Shown here piece after piece: positions 1-11,600 of a stretch of 64,000 bases of DNA (positions are counted from its first letter, which is position 1; each line of letters begins with the position of its first letter). A program made the translations under genes and the position numbers. The notes below the pieces were generated by a model. That model made no database searches and had not been told where the DNA came from. It saw only the letters and a list, made by a program, of their open reading frames with translations. The stretch spans positions 447,719-511,718 of the forward strand of contig WELB01000032.1 in NCBI GenBank assembly GCA_009602725.1, read 5' to 3'. Source of the stretch: Spirogloea muscicola (Eukaryota).

Positions 1-907
1 GGGCTCGCCCATTGAGGATAGGGGCTGGAAAAAGCCAGCCCAGAAAAGAACAAAGGACGAGAAGGGGCCAGGGGAAGTACGAAGAACAAGCACAGAAAAG
101 AGACGAAGCAGCTACGAAGCACTTAGTAACCCCTGCTAAGCAGCCTCAGGTCAGAGAGACTGGGTTCCTGGAAGCGGGTCCCCTGGCCAGAGCCAGAGGC
201 AGCAGCGAGGGCTCTGCCTGCACGCAGGTGCAGCGCGCGGGCCATAGACCTATGCAGCGAGACGGCCAAGCGCTTCCCCCGCTCCTCCTTCTTTCTGACT
301 TCCTACTGCTGACACGGGGTTACTAAGAGCGCCCTGGCTGTCTAGCCTGTGGCTCCGTCATGAACACCTGTATGCATCTGGCTGGCTTTCACAGCCATTC
401 TTGTAATATCAGCAGCCGCTTCCCTTCTTCCTCTTTCTTCGGCTTTGGACATTGTCCATTCTTTTTTGGGCTGGCTTTGCCAGCCCCTCTTCTCGATGGG
501 CGCGCACTTCTCTTTTTTGGGCTGGCTTTGCCAGCCCCCCTTCTCTATGGGCGCGCACTTCGCTTTCCCCTGGCCCCCTTCTCGTACTTTGTTCCTTCTT
601 TTTTGAGAGAAATGCGCGCCCATAGAAAAGAGGGGCTGGCAAAGCCAGCCCAAAAAAGAATGGACAATGTCCAAAGCCTAAGAAAGAGGAGCCGGAGAAG
701 GACTACACTACAAAACACTGCAGAACACAGAAACGATGCAGAGGAAAGCTTAGTACCCACGAGTGAGCAACATCAGGTCTGAGTAGCTCGCTACAGGGAA
801 AGAGGCACTCCGCCGAGACCCAGAGGCGGCGGCCATAGCACGGCCTGCGCGCGTATGGACGGCGTGGGCAAGGGAGCGTTGAAGCGATACGGCCAGGCGC
901 ATGCGGA
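1..907. mobile_element. Cluster of truncated RLE-type non-LTR retrotransposon 3' ends (three ORF termini plus several 3' UTR tails)
   Basis: Minus 123-272 reads RLAVSLHRSMARALHLRAGRALAAASGSGQGTRFQEPSLSDLRLLSRGY*. Plus ~272-326 ends SDFLLLTRGY*. Minus 750-907 reads RMRLAVSLQRSLAHAVHTRAGRAMAAASGSRRSASFPVASYSDLMLLTRGY*, near-identical to 60557-60714. Bases 1-200 recur at 51074-51280. GGGCTGGCTTTGCCAGCCC hairpins are repeated. Confidence 0.8.
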
Positions 908-1222
908 AGTCCTGTCACTTGTGAAGCGCTGAGATGTACTGAGCTTGAGTGCTTGTGATGCTACGGCAGTGGTAGCTGTACTCGCTAGTGTTCTCTTGTA
1001 TATGGACACATATAGCATAATTACAGATGCTGACTGACTTGTCGTCTTGATGGGTTCCCAATGGACCCATTCATCCTGCTTGACTCATCTCTAGTGCAGA
1101 ATGTAAAGCTTATATCAGTGTGGCCTGATGGATAGTGAGCAAGTTGTGATGGGCAGTAACACATCATTGATCTCAATGGTGGAAGCGGAACTGGTCAGCA
1201 GAGTTTCACAGCAAGCTTTCCT

Positions 1223-2298
1223 AGGTGCGTGGCGCTAGTGTGCCGCTGACCAAGCGCTGCTCATCTTCGCATTCATTGGCAGACTGCCGAGGCAGGCCTA
1301 GGAAAGTCTGCAATGGCAGGTCTCTGCGATGGCAAGGATACATCACTCTGGTCACTTGTAGAACACATCAGACAAACAGCACATGGTGCTAACCACGAGC
1401 TTCTCTTACAACAGCACAGAGTACAAACGAAGGCTAAGCGACACTCATATACATTCGAACACTGTGCGTCAGTAGACAACTGATCCAGCTGGACAGCACA
1501 GGAGCTTCTAGATTATCGTGCTGTGTTGTGGTAGCGAAGGGCATATGTAGGGACAGACAGGCAAACAAAACCCAGGGTGCCTCGCCTGGACTCTTTGATG
1601 ATGAATGTGTCCACGATGGAGGTGCCTTCATACACAGGACCTGCACGCCAGCAATGCAGGAGGAGCTTGGGCTTACGGGGCCGCGGAAAAGCTTTTCCTG
1701 AGAAGGCCTAGGCCAGTGGAAGACAACCTCGAGTGACATCCGTTACTGGCTACACGGCCAGAGTTGTGAAAGTGTGTCCACCAAAGCGCCGTGCATCTTG
1801 CCCTTGCTCTTACCAGTCTTGTCGAGGACGCCACCGGAGAAGTATTTATGGTTGACGTACTGCAAGTACTCCTTTCGGTACGCTCTAAAGTGCTCCTCGT
1901 ACCGCGTCTCCGCGTCTGTCGCGCTGATGCCGAGGGCGGCAGCACGCCGCAACACCTCTGGCTTTGTGAAAGGGAGTGGCTGGACGTCATTCAGGACCAT
2001 CGTTCCCGCAAAGGCAGCAATCCTCTCGATAGACTGGCAATCTCTGACAATTCTGACGCCGTTGCTGGCCGGCCTGCTCCAAGAAGTGCTCAACTGACAG
2101 TCCAGTGCATCATTGGTCCGCCCCCCGCGAATGCGGCGAGCAGCACGAAACACTTCCACCGGGGTTGCTGCCTGGCAAGAGCGACAGACACCTCTGTGAA
2201 GGAGGTCCAAGGAGAGCTCACGCAGAGGACCCGGCGTCCCGCCGCCTCGCAGGCCCGGGCGCCGCGGCCATGTCCGCTGCAGGCGCCCGGCCCGCCAT
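1223..2298 (-). CDS. Uncharacterized plant-type protein, spliced; boundaries approximate
   Basis: Exon peptides ETRYEEHFRAYRKEYLQYVNHKYFSGG (ORF 1743-2210) and GPVYEGTSIVDTFIIKESR (~1585-1640) have GT/AG borders. They resemble, from memory, a conserved plant family of unknown function (Y..YL..KYFS..G...F...T.I....IK.SR). GC-rich candidate first exon from the ATG at 2298. Confidence 0.45.
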
Positions 2299-2572
2299 GC
2301 TCAGCGCCACGCCACTGCAGCTTTTATCCGCTGCAGCGGAGCTCCGCCACCCGGCCCCAGAGCCGGCTGCAGGCGCTCAGCTGCGCGACGCGCCGCAGGG
2401 CCATTGCAGCGAGGCTGCCGCCGGGCGCGCCGTCGCGGGCTGAGTCGCGGCCTGGGGCTCGCCGTGTGAGGTGCGCTCTCTCGCCGGGCGGACCGCTCCG
2501 AGGCGCGGCTGGTGGCCGGGGCCTGGGCCTGGGCTGCAGAAGCAGGGGTTCCGTGGAAACCAGGGCTTTAGG

Positions 2573-2872
2573 CATTTCGTGTATTTGAAACAAACGAAGG
2601 CCAAATGGCCACGTACAAAGGCAAGCACATCTTAAGACCTACATAACCTACAGTAGATTGACCCGCTCAGTAACCACGGGTCAAAACATAAAGGTCGCTA
2701 ACCGATGCCTGGATACTAGATGGCAGATACGAAGCCCTTCTGCCACCAACTAGAGCTTGCCCAGCTTTCTGGTGCAAAGCATTAGCCTGAGCACGCTGCA
2801 AACAGGCCGAAACTCGTCGTTGCAACAACGACAGATAAGCAGCTGGCAAGCCCATCTCAGCCGGGAACACAT
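2573..2872 (-). mobile_element. 5'-truncated non-LTR retrotransposon copy (family A) with 7-bp TSD
   Basis: Encodes ...LQRAQANALHQKAGQALVGGRRASYLPSSIQASVSDLYVLTRGY* (stop 2667) plus a ~95-nt 3' UTR ending ACACGAAAT. Flanked by the direct repeat CTTTAGG at 2566-2572 and 2873-2879. Confidence 0.8.
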
Positions 2873-2904
2873 CTTTAGGGAGGCGGGTGTGGGGCCGGGG
2901 TTTA

Positions 2905-3150
2905 AGTCAGGCCACAGGCTTCCGTGGCGGCGCTCCGGCTCCCCAAGTTAGCCTGCCGGAGTGCATGTGCTCATCACCCGTGGCTACCAACGCCACGCTA
3001 TAATCACCTTGGCCACCTTAGCATAGTGCTTCCATCCAGGGAGCCCCTTTGCTTTCTAGCTTTTGCCTGAACAGTGCAGTGGCTTAGATTGGCCACCCTG
3101 TCACTCCATGCGCACCCGCGCCTTCTCCTCTTGGGTTGGCCTTTCCCAGC
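2905..3150 (+). mobile_element. Degenerate retrotransposon 3' end remnant
   Basis: ATGFRGG..., then VHVLITRGY at ~2960-2988, then a degenerate GGGTTGGCCTTTCCCAGC stem-loop at ~3133-3150. Confidence 0.5.
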
Positions 3151-3271
3151 AGAGCACTTCCTTGACCTCCTGTTCAGTCATGCGCGCCTGCTCCCCCTGA
3201 CGTAGAAGCGCCTCCTGTGCCCGTCATCCCCAGCACTAGGCCGCCGTTCAGCGCCCCTTTTCTTAGCCGCC

Positions 3272-4082
3272 TCCATCTAATCCACCCAACTGCCTGATTG
3301 CGGTGCGCCAGTGTGAGTGTGGCTTCCGTGCAGAGGGTGCTGAGCTCGCCCCTCACATGCTGCGATGCCCCACTGGACCAGAAGTGGTGGGCATCCACAA
3401 CCTCCTCCGCGATGCCCTGGCGGGTTTGATGCGCGATGCCGGGTACCGTGCGGTCGTGGGAGTGAACAACATCATGCCTAATACTACGGATGCCCAGGGA
3501 CGTCATCATCGCCGCACACTTGACATTGTGGGCGTGCAACCTGGTGGAGGACCACGGGCCTTGGTCGATGTTGTTGTTACGGAGGCCTATAAAGGTCCAG
3601 CATCAACGCACATCGCTGGCCACGCAGTGGGCAATGCAGAATGAAGAAAGCTGCAGCACTGCTCCGATTACCGCCAATGCGATCAGCTCCTGCCAGCGGC
3701 AATCGACATTTTTGGCTGTTTGGGTCCTCGTTTCCACCCTCTCCTTCAGAATATTGTCAACCTAGGCTACACACGACATGCAGATGTGCTCCAAGCTGAA
3801 ATGGGCTTGCTAGCTGCATATCTGTCGTTCTTGCAATGACAAGTTCCGGCCTGTTTGCAGCGTGCTCAGGCTAATGCTTTGCACCAGAAAGCTGGGCGAG
3901 CTCTAGTTGGTGGCAGAAGGGCTTCGTATCTGCCATCCAGTGTTCAGGCATCGATTAGCGACCTTTATGTTTCGACTCGTGGTTACTGACCGGGTCAATC
4001 TGCTGTAGGTTATGTAGGTCTTTAGATGTGCTTGCCTTTGTGCTTGGCTATTTGGCCTTCGTTTGTCTCAAACACACGAAAT
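3272..4082 (+). mobile_element. 5'-truncated non-LTR retrotransposon (family A) retaining zinc knuckle and restriction-like endonuclease; pseudogenised; 14-bp TSD
   Basis: CECG...HMLRC knuckle, HNLLRD, LDIV..ALVDVVV, AE*RKL, PAAIDIFG and LQRAQANAL...SDLYVSTRGY* (stop ~3989) follow the layout of CRE/R2-group RLE domains. In-frame TGA stops present. Direct repeat TTTTC[T/C]TAGCCGCC at 3258-3271 and 4083-4096. Confidence 0.85.
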
Positions 4083-4189
4083 TTTTCCTAGCCGCCCCCC
4101 AGGCAGGCTGGCCTAGAGCCCGGGGCGCTGCTGCCAGCGCCGGGCCTCCGCCACACTCCTCCGAGACCTCGCCCCCGGGTTCCGCTGCG

Positions 4190-6512
4190 ATGGCGCGCGC
4201 CAAGGACGCGTACCTCGCGGCGTACAATGCGGCGCAAGCGCTGGGCTGGTCCGCGCCTCGCCCAAGTCCTCGTTTATGCCCGCGCCGGCTTTCTCGGCCC
4301 CCCGGGCACCTCGATGCTAGGCGCCACAGTCGCGCAGCCAGCAGTGAGCGAGGACGCCTAACGGCGTGGACGCCGTCTATCCACAGTGGCGCGCGCAGCC
4401 ATGGCTCTGGTGGCTCCGAGCAGTCCTCGTCCTGAGGGCTGGCTGTGCGTGACTTGGGTCCCTGCCTTGGCCGCGCCTCATGGGTCCGCCCGACTGACCG
4501 CTAGCAGGGGCGCCGCCCTCACGCTGGTGCTGGGAGCCGTGGTGCGCACAGGCGGGTGGAGGAGCGGGTACTCTGCGGCCGGCCAGCTAGTCAGTACGTG
4601 GCAAGTGCTCGCCGGCTTGACATCACTGTCTCGGGGCAGGACATGCCCTGCTAAGCGTGATGCATCCTCTATGTGGCTAGTGGATAACTCATGGCCAAAT
4701 TGGGGTGCCGTGTGCGTGGTGCTGCACTCCCCAACTCGAGCTACTTCTCAAGCACAGATCCTCTCGTTTCCGCCGTTGTTGCTTTTTCCATCTTGCGTCT
4801 CTATTCGACAACCTTGGTGGAAGTACATGCATGTGGTCCACCCACGTACTTGTCCTGCCTGATTGGCTGAGCATACTTCATTGCAGCTGCACGACATCTT
4901 AATTCCGCTGCGCTCCTGGCACTTGCACCAGGTATCTGCCAGCTGGCAGCCGTCTTGGAGGTTGTTCACGCCGCCACAGGTCTGTTGTCGGAGAAGCTCC
5001 CTTGCTGGCCTTTTGCAGCAGCATGACTGAGTGGCCTGTCTTTCTGAGAATAATCAGCTTCTGATCGGAGTTGGCCCCAATGGTTGCTCACCTTTCACTT
5101 GCAGGACTTGTGAGGAGCAGTGCACAGACAGCCTTCCTGCAGTGGTTTGGCAGGACGCATGTACTGCTGGCTGTTATCGCCAGCGTCCCTGAGGTTGGTT
5201 CTGCTTATTGTAGTCGCGCATTGATCGTTCTGGATAGCACTGCCCTTCTCTAGATGCTTGGCTTAGCCGGAGGCTGTAACCTTGAGCCTGCACTATCTTA
5301 CCTGTCCAGCTCATATTGCATATACGTCAGCCAAGGACGTAACGTGCAGTAGTCAGAACCTCAAGCAAGTGTCATTATAATCCACTGTGCAGGTGCAGCA
5401 GCTCCAGTCAGTGACAGTGATGCTATTGGCCTGGGCTTTGAGTGAGGTAGGCTCATCCATCAAGCTGCATCTGGACAGGCTCTACTACCCGTGCTCGAGT
5501 CTTTCTTACTGGCTTCACTATTGTGAAAGGGCTGAAGCATTAGCCCTTAAAGCGTAAGCCTTTCTTTGTAGATTTCCTATGGCCTTTCTAGTCTTGACAT
5601 GCAGCTCTTGTTAATGCCTCACTAGCTATCTTTGCTGGGGCATTAGGTCATCCGGTACCCTCAGTATTGCCTGAACATCCTGGGAAGTTGTCCTGGCTGG
5701 TTGACGTGGCTCAGGTGCGTTTCACGTTGACTATCTGCGTGCCCGTCCACCTTGGCGCTAGGGATGAGCTTTGCTCAGCCTAACTTTGCTCAGCTTGACT
5801 AAATTGGGGAGACAGATAGACTGAGACTTCTTGACAAGCAACACCAATTGGAAGTGAAGTTGCTTCTTTTCACCCGAAGGTCACTCATTGACAAGGCATG
5901 ATGAGCTGTTGTAGCAGATACTCAGCATTCATTCCTCTCTACCCACTCGGACTCTTCTGGGGAGAGAGTACGTTCTTCCAAGAACCTGGGCACTACATTC
6001 TGCAACACAGCTTTAGTCTGAGTGGAACATCTGCCTGCAACATGAAGAATTGCAATGCAAGAAGAGGATGGGTCCTACAAGTTCCGTTGCTTGTCAGAAC
6101 AAGTGATGAATGTGCAGATTCTCTGATGCCAAGCACCTGTGATGTACAATGAGCTGCTTGTCTTGATAGCACAGGGTTTCATTTTATCCAGCCTTTCTGT
6201 TGCCAATGCCATTGCTGGCAGTGTGGACCATATACAAGGCTCTGCCTTTTGTAGCAGATCAGCAGACTCATTCTGCCTTTTTCTCCCTCTTGCCATTTGA
6301 CTACCGCACTTTCCTTGTGGTGAGTTCTTACCAAGACGTGTCGAAGGTTTTGTAAAGAGAAGCTGCACTTTTGACTTCAGTTTTTAAGCACCCGTTTGCC
6401 ATGCCAGGTATTGCTGGCTGTGTACCCTGCAATATGGTGGCAGCTCTACACCCACATGTTCAAGCAGCGGCGAGTCAAGCTGGGAAGATCGGAGGGGCAT
6501 AAACGTGAATGA
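4190..6512 (+). CDS. 3-hydroxyacyl-CoA dehydratase (HACD/PTPLA, PASTICCINO2-like family), about 9 exons
   Basis: Spliced peptides MARAKDAYLAAYNAAQALGW, QLAAVLEVVHAATGLVRS, QWFGRTHVL, LLAWALSEVIRYPQY, WLTWLRYSAFIPLYPLG..GE and YTHMFKQRRVKLG are PTPLA family motifs. Confidence 0.9.
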
Positions 6513-6897
6513 AGCTCAAGTATGCTCCAGACAAGCCTGCAACTGCATCCTTGGTGCACATGCAGGCATGGGCATGCCTAGCATGACTGCTACACTTTTA
6601 TTGCATTCCTGTGTAAATCTTTGTGATGTGCAGTTGCTTAGTGCTCAATTGCGCCGCCCTCTCCTCCTCCTAAGCTTGCAGCATTTATGATCTGACAATT
6701 ACTGCCCACATTCACAAATAAGACAAATTGCTGTGTGAACAGCATTATCTTTTCTGAACAGCCTCGCTAAGCATTTCATAAATTGCTAACTTGAGACAAA
6801 TCCAAAATCAAACATTGACACTAATAACATGTCCACCTGATTGGATGGTGTCAGAGGAATGTGCCATCTGGTGACGGGCCTGTGCTTGGAACTACTA

Positions 6898-8421
6898 TTA
6901 TAGGGGAACATGGGCTGGTAGAACTTGGGATCCCGGCGGTAATTTGCCAAGCCCTGGCAATATGAGCTTGAAGCTGCGCGGCATTGGTGTGGGGTCGTAG
7001 TTTAGTCCAGTCAATATCAGCCCTGCAATGTGAGTACGAAGCATGCACCTCCTGTGTCAGAAGAGCCTGACATTTAGGAGTTGACACAATGATGCGCAGC
7101 TACTGCACAAGAAGGCCTACACACAATTCAGGCAGTAGGCATCTTTTTCTGCCTTGCAAACTTCATGCAACCACGTAGGTTCAAACTTTGTAGTTGCAGT
7201 GGCTTTTTTCAGCGACAAGAAGCAAACATACCGTGGCTTTGGACCCCCTCAATCTCCTCTGGGAGCACGTTGGCAACCAAGAGGACCTTTTTACCGACAG
7301 CATCCTCCACATCCATGACGTACTTGCACTCACTGATCACCGTTCTGGACTCGCAGCCAATGTCCACCTGGACGTGAGGCACAGTTGTACCTCGATTCTT
7401 CAAAAGCCACTCAGTGGCAGGGCAGGTCAACAGTCTGACACGGAAGAAGTGCTGGAAGCTTGTTGCAGTAGCTAGTCCATCTTTTACACAGATTTGACTA
7501 GGGGTCACAATTATCAGGTGCAGCAGACCTTACCAAATGGAGACTTACGTGGCATGTTACTGGTCCCTGCCGGCTATCAACAATTGAGCCAACCCGAGAG
7601 GCAACCAGAGAGGCAAGCCAGCCAACCGTGAGCTGCAGGCGGGTGCGGCTGTTGGTCGGCTTCCCCCTCTTCTCCGTCATGGCCTTGTCCGGCACCGGCT
7701 TGGCCTGCGTCTGAAGCAGGCCGGCTCGAGGGAGGGCACGGCCAGGCACAGCAGAATGCTCAGGAGCAGGACAGACTGTCAAGCCGCGCAGAGAAGCTTG
7801 ACTCTTGTCAGCTACCTGAGCAATTACTGATGGCCGCTTGAGTTGGAGCATCTCGGTCTCCTGGCTGAGTCACTGGTCAGAGGAGCTGGGGGCTGGTCAG
7901 GAGGCAAGCCCCTCAGAGGAGCTTACGATGAGGCCGATGCGGAGGTCCACGGACTGGAAGTCTGCGTTCGTGATGGCCTCCTTGATGCGCGGGCACGCCA
8001 CGCGGTCGACCTCCTGGGCCGGCGGCGCGACCTCCGTGTGCGCGCGGGGACCGCGCGGGCGGCGGGGTCCCAACACCTTCCGCCGTCCGTGGAGCTCTGC
8101 AAGGCCTGCGGCCGCTCGAAGCTCGGCTTGCTCATCGACCCGATCACAGCGGGCCGAGGCCTCACTTCACCAGATGGACGGGGAGGACATCGAGCACCAT
8201 CCGGCTCGGGAGTACGGGAGCGCGCACCTGCGCTGCGGAGCGAGCCGCCGGACCCTGAGGCCGCGACGCAGCGACGGCTCGGCTGTTCTGTCGACGACGC
8301 CGAGGACGACGATGACGACGGCGACGACGCCGCCGCCGTCGCCGTCGCCGTGGAGCGCGGGCGCGACGAGGCCAGTTTCCAAGTTTGGCGGGGCAGGCCT
8401 TCGGCGGCCCGCGCGGCGACG

Positions 8422-8452
<31 letters not shown>

Positions 8453-8453
8453 T
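6898..8453 (-). CDS. tRNA-binding OB-fold (CsaA/Trbp111/MetRS C-terminal-like) protein with transit-peptide-like N-terminus, about 6 exons
   Basis: Exons encode ITNADFQSVDLRIGLI, LQLTVDIGCESRTVISE...VGKKVLLVANVLPEEIEGVQSHGLIL and LPPGSQV. Ala/Ser/Arg-rich N-terminus from the ATG at 8453. Confidence 0.8.
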
Positions 8454-8611
8454 GGCTCGCAGGCTGGCCGGGGGGAATGGAGCGGGTGAATTATCCGACG
8501 TGGATGGAACCGGATCTCGCAGCCGGGGGCCCTTTCACACCGGCCGGACACCTTGGTCGCCGTGGCGCCTCGACGCCGCCAGGTGGCCCTCAGGGGGCTA
8601 CGACTCTCCCC

Positions 8612-8664
8612 GATGGCTTCGACAACCCCGGCCTCGACCTCCGCCGATCGCCCTTGCCCCGCCG

Positions 8665-8697
<33 letters not shown>

Positions 8698-11600
8698 ACG
8701 CGCCAACGCCGGTCAGCTGGAGCGGCGGCGCTGGAGACGGCGGAGGAGGCCGCAGCTCGTCTTACTCTGCAGCCTCGGCCCCGCTGCCTGCATGCGCGCA
8801 GGGCACTGTTTGCGGTGGCCTTCTTGCCTAGTTGCCTGCGGGCTGCCGACTAGGTCAAGCGCGGGAGCCCTTGCGGAGGCCCGCTCCGTGCCACTTCACC
8901 TTGCGAGCGAGCACTAGCAGCAGATGGGGCGGTCCGGTGGCGTCGACTTGGGCTACAAGATGGCAAAGCTCTAGCTGTCAGCACGAAGGCGTCCCACGTG
9001 GCTGTTCTTTGTGGCGACACCGTAGTGACGGTTTATGATGGGCAGTCTGCACTTGAGTTGTTGGCTCTTGAGATCAGCAATGCGCAAGACATAGGTATCT
9101 GTGGAGATGGCAGTGAGGTCAGTACCAAGCCATGTGTGACCAGCCATTATTTATTGTGTACTGCTAGGTGAAGAGATGACAAGCCGAAATTGAGCTATGA
9201 CAAAATGAGCTCATCATGATGAGCTCATTTTGTCATAGTTGCCAGGTTTTCAATCAGGAAACTTGCAGAAATGCACCTTATGAAAGATGGGAGAATGGGA
9301 GATGGCAAGATGAAGTGAGAATAATTGGAAAGACCGCAAGCAAAAACCATGTATCCTAATTGGCTACAAGTTGAATATGCAATTACTCTCTTTAAGTCAT
9401 TTTGCAGTATCCTAGTAGTAGCAGCAAAAAATGATGTCATAGCTCCTACAAAAGTCACTACTACTAAAGCTAATGGCGAATGTTCAAACAAAGGAGAACA
9501 TCTTGCAATAAAAAATACTCCTGCTGTTACCATGGTAGCTGCATGAATTAAGGCTGAAACAGGAGTAGGTCCCTCCATTGCATCTGGCAACCAAGTATGT
9601 AATCCTATCTGAGCAGATTTTCCTACTGCTCCTACAAATAGTAAAAAACAAATTATTGTAATAGCATCCATTCTTGTATTGAAGAAAACCAAAGGATTTA
9701 CAGAATGAGAAGCTACACAAGCAAAAACAACAGAAAAGTCTACACTTTGAAATACTACAAAGCAGCCCATAATTCCTAATGCCAAGCCAAAATCTCCTAC
9801 TCGATTCACAAGCATTGCTTTAATGGCAGCTTTCTTAGCTTGGAGACGAGTAAACCAAAAATTAATGAGCAAATAAGAAGCAAGACCAACCCCTTCCCAG
9901 CCTAAAAACAGTTAAATTAAATTATCTCCAGTTACCAACATTAGCATAAAAAAAGTAAAAATTGAAAGATAACACATAAATCGAGGACTGTGAGGATCAT
10001 GAGACATGTAAGAAATAAAACACACATGAACCAAACTACTGATCAAGGTCACTACCACTAACATTACCACTGTTAGACTATCAAACAAGAAACCCCAAGC
10101 GGCATCAAACATTTCCGAAAATCCATGGAGCAATCTTCAGATAGCAAGGGCTTGCACCTAAAGCTACTTCGTAAAAAACAGTTATAGAGAAAATTGCAGA
10201 TAATATTAAACAAGTAGTAGTTACTACAGCTGCACCACGGTAACCAAGAAAACACAGGACTTACAAAAAAGAGTACATAATAGCCTTTTTAATATTGGAG
10301 TCATTTATGATTGCAGTGTTTTGTATGCTTGATTTGTTATTATTTTATGTGTTCTTTGAAAGTGTGCTTATTACTATGTTATTATTATAAGAGTATGGGG
10401 CTCACGACAGAGAATGGTACAATGTGAGCAGGACTTGACATAGGATTAGCTGGTATATAATTATCAGGGTGTCTAGCACATTTGGTGCATAGAAAATAAA
10501 AATGGAAAAGAATATAGCAAAAGCTACCCAACCTACAAGGTCCTTCACATAAAAGTAAGCAAGCAGTTTTATCCACTGAAGGATTAATGCCTAAAGGGTT
10601 GTTCGAGCCATATTGGTGCAATGCAGCAATATGCAAAATACTTACGCCTGCAATTAAAAAGGGCATCAAGTAGTGAAGACCAAAGAAACGATTTAGTGTT
10701 GCATTGTCCACGGAGAATCCTCCCCATAACCAAGTACCAAAACTGTCTCCCACTACAGGAATTGCACTAGCTAAACTAGTAATGACAGTAGCTCCCCAAA
10801 AACTCATTTGCAAATAGTGTACAAGTACACAAATGATAGGAGAATCATGTTTATCTATTTTTCAACTTTACGGGCCTAAATGTAGACAAACAAAAAAATG
10901 GGCAAATATCACAACAAATAGAACAAAGGCTTCAGGCTTTGCTTATTCTTCAAGACAATTTATTAGCTGATTTTCACAAAAAGCTAATGAGCTTCCGAGA
11001 CAGTGTAGGTAACCAATTCCGTTTTTTTAACGAAAATCTTCCGTTGGATTGCCTACTAAATGAATATAATACACAGCAATTAGATCACCCCATACAGACA
11101 AAAAATCACGAGAGCAATTCGAGATGAAAATAAGGAAAAGACTTATTCATTTACGTACAGATAATAGCAAATTACATGAGGTAATATCTTACTGTAAACT
11201 TCACGATTTACGTGGAGTTCAGATGAAAGCAACTTTTTCTTATCAAACTCGATGCAATGTAAGAAAAACATTGATAATTAATGAAAGCCCTAACATTTAG
11301 TTTCAAAAAACCTTTCTGATAAGGGGAGCTTTGCCAATTGGATTTTGTTACAGGTTGTTGTGTTGAGTAATAATGCAAGTGTGGTGGTTTATGATGGAGC
11401 CACTGGCGTTGGACTGAGCAGCTGGCAAGTTGCTGGAGCCCTTGCAGTGGCTATCAGCGAGGATGGCAAGTACGCTGTGGATCAACCCTCTCAGCTCCAG
11501 CACCTTCGTCGATTTCTATTGCCCAACTGCCGCATCTGAGGTTGACGTCGTAGAGTGCCCTTTGTCTGCAGTAGCTCCATCCCTATGACAGAGCCAGCTA

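Noticed and set aside
441..680. Repeated hairpins as a CRISPR array, REP elements or rho-independent terminators
   Set aside because: Eukaryotic context, no unique equal-length spacers and no cas genes; the hairpins belong to retroelement tails.
2573..4082. Single DNA transposon with 300-bp TIRs
   Set aside because: Each arm has its own TSD and is an ORF end plus 3' UTR, so these are two separate insertions.
7838..8917. Long plus-strand ORFs (359 aa, 336 aa) and similar long ORFs in other GC-rich islands
   Set aside because: Antisense or alternative-frame artefacts of GC-rich sequence with no recognisable domains.
9225..10813. Functional nad5/cob genes or U-to-C edited stops
   Set aside because: Fragments are truncated, frameshifted, fused and embedded in a nuclear intron; decay explains the stops.
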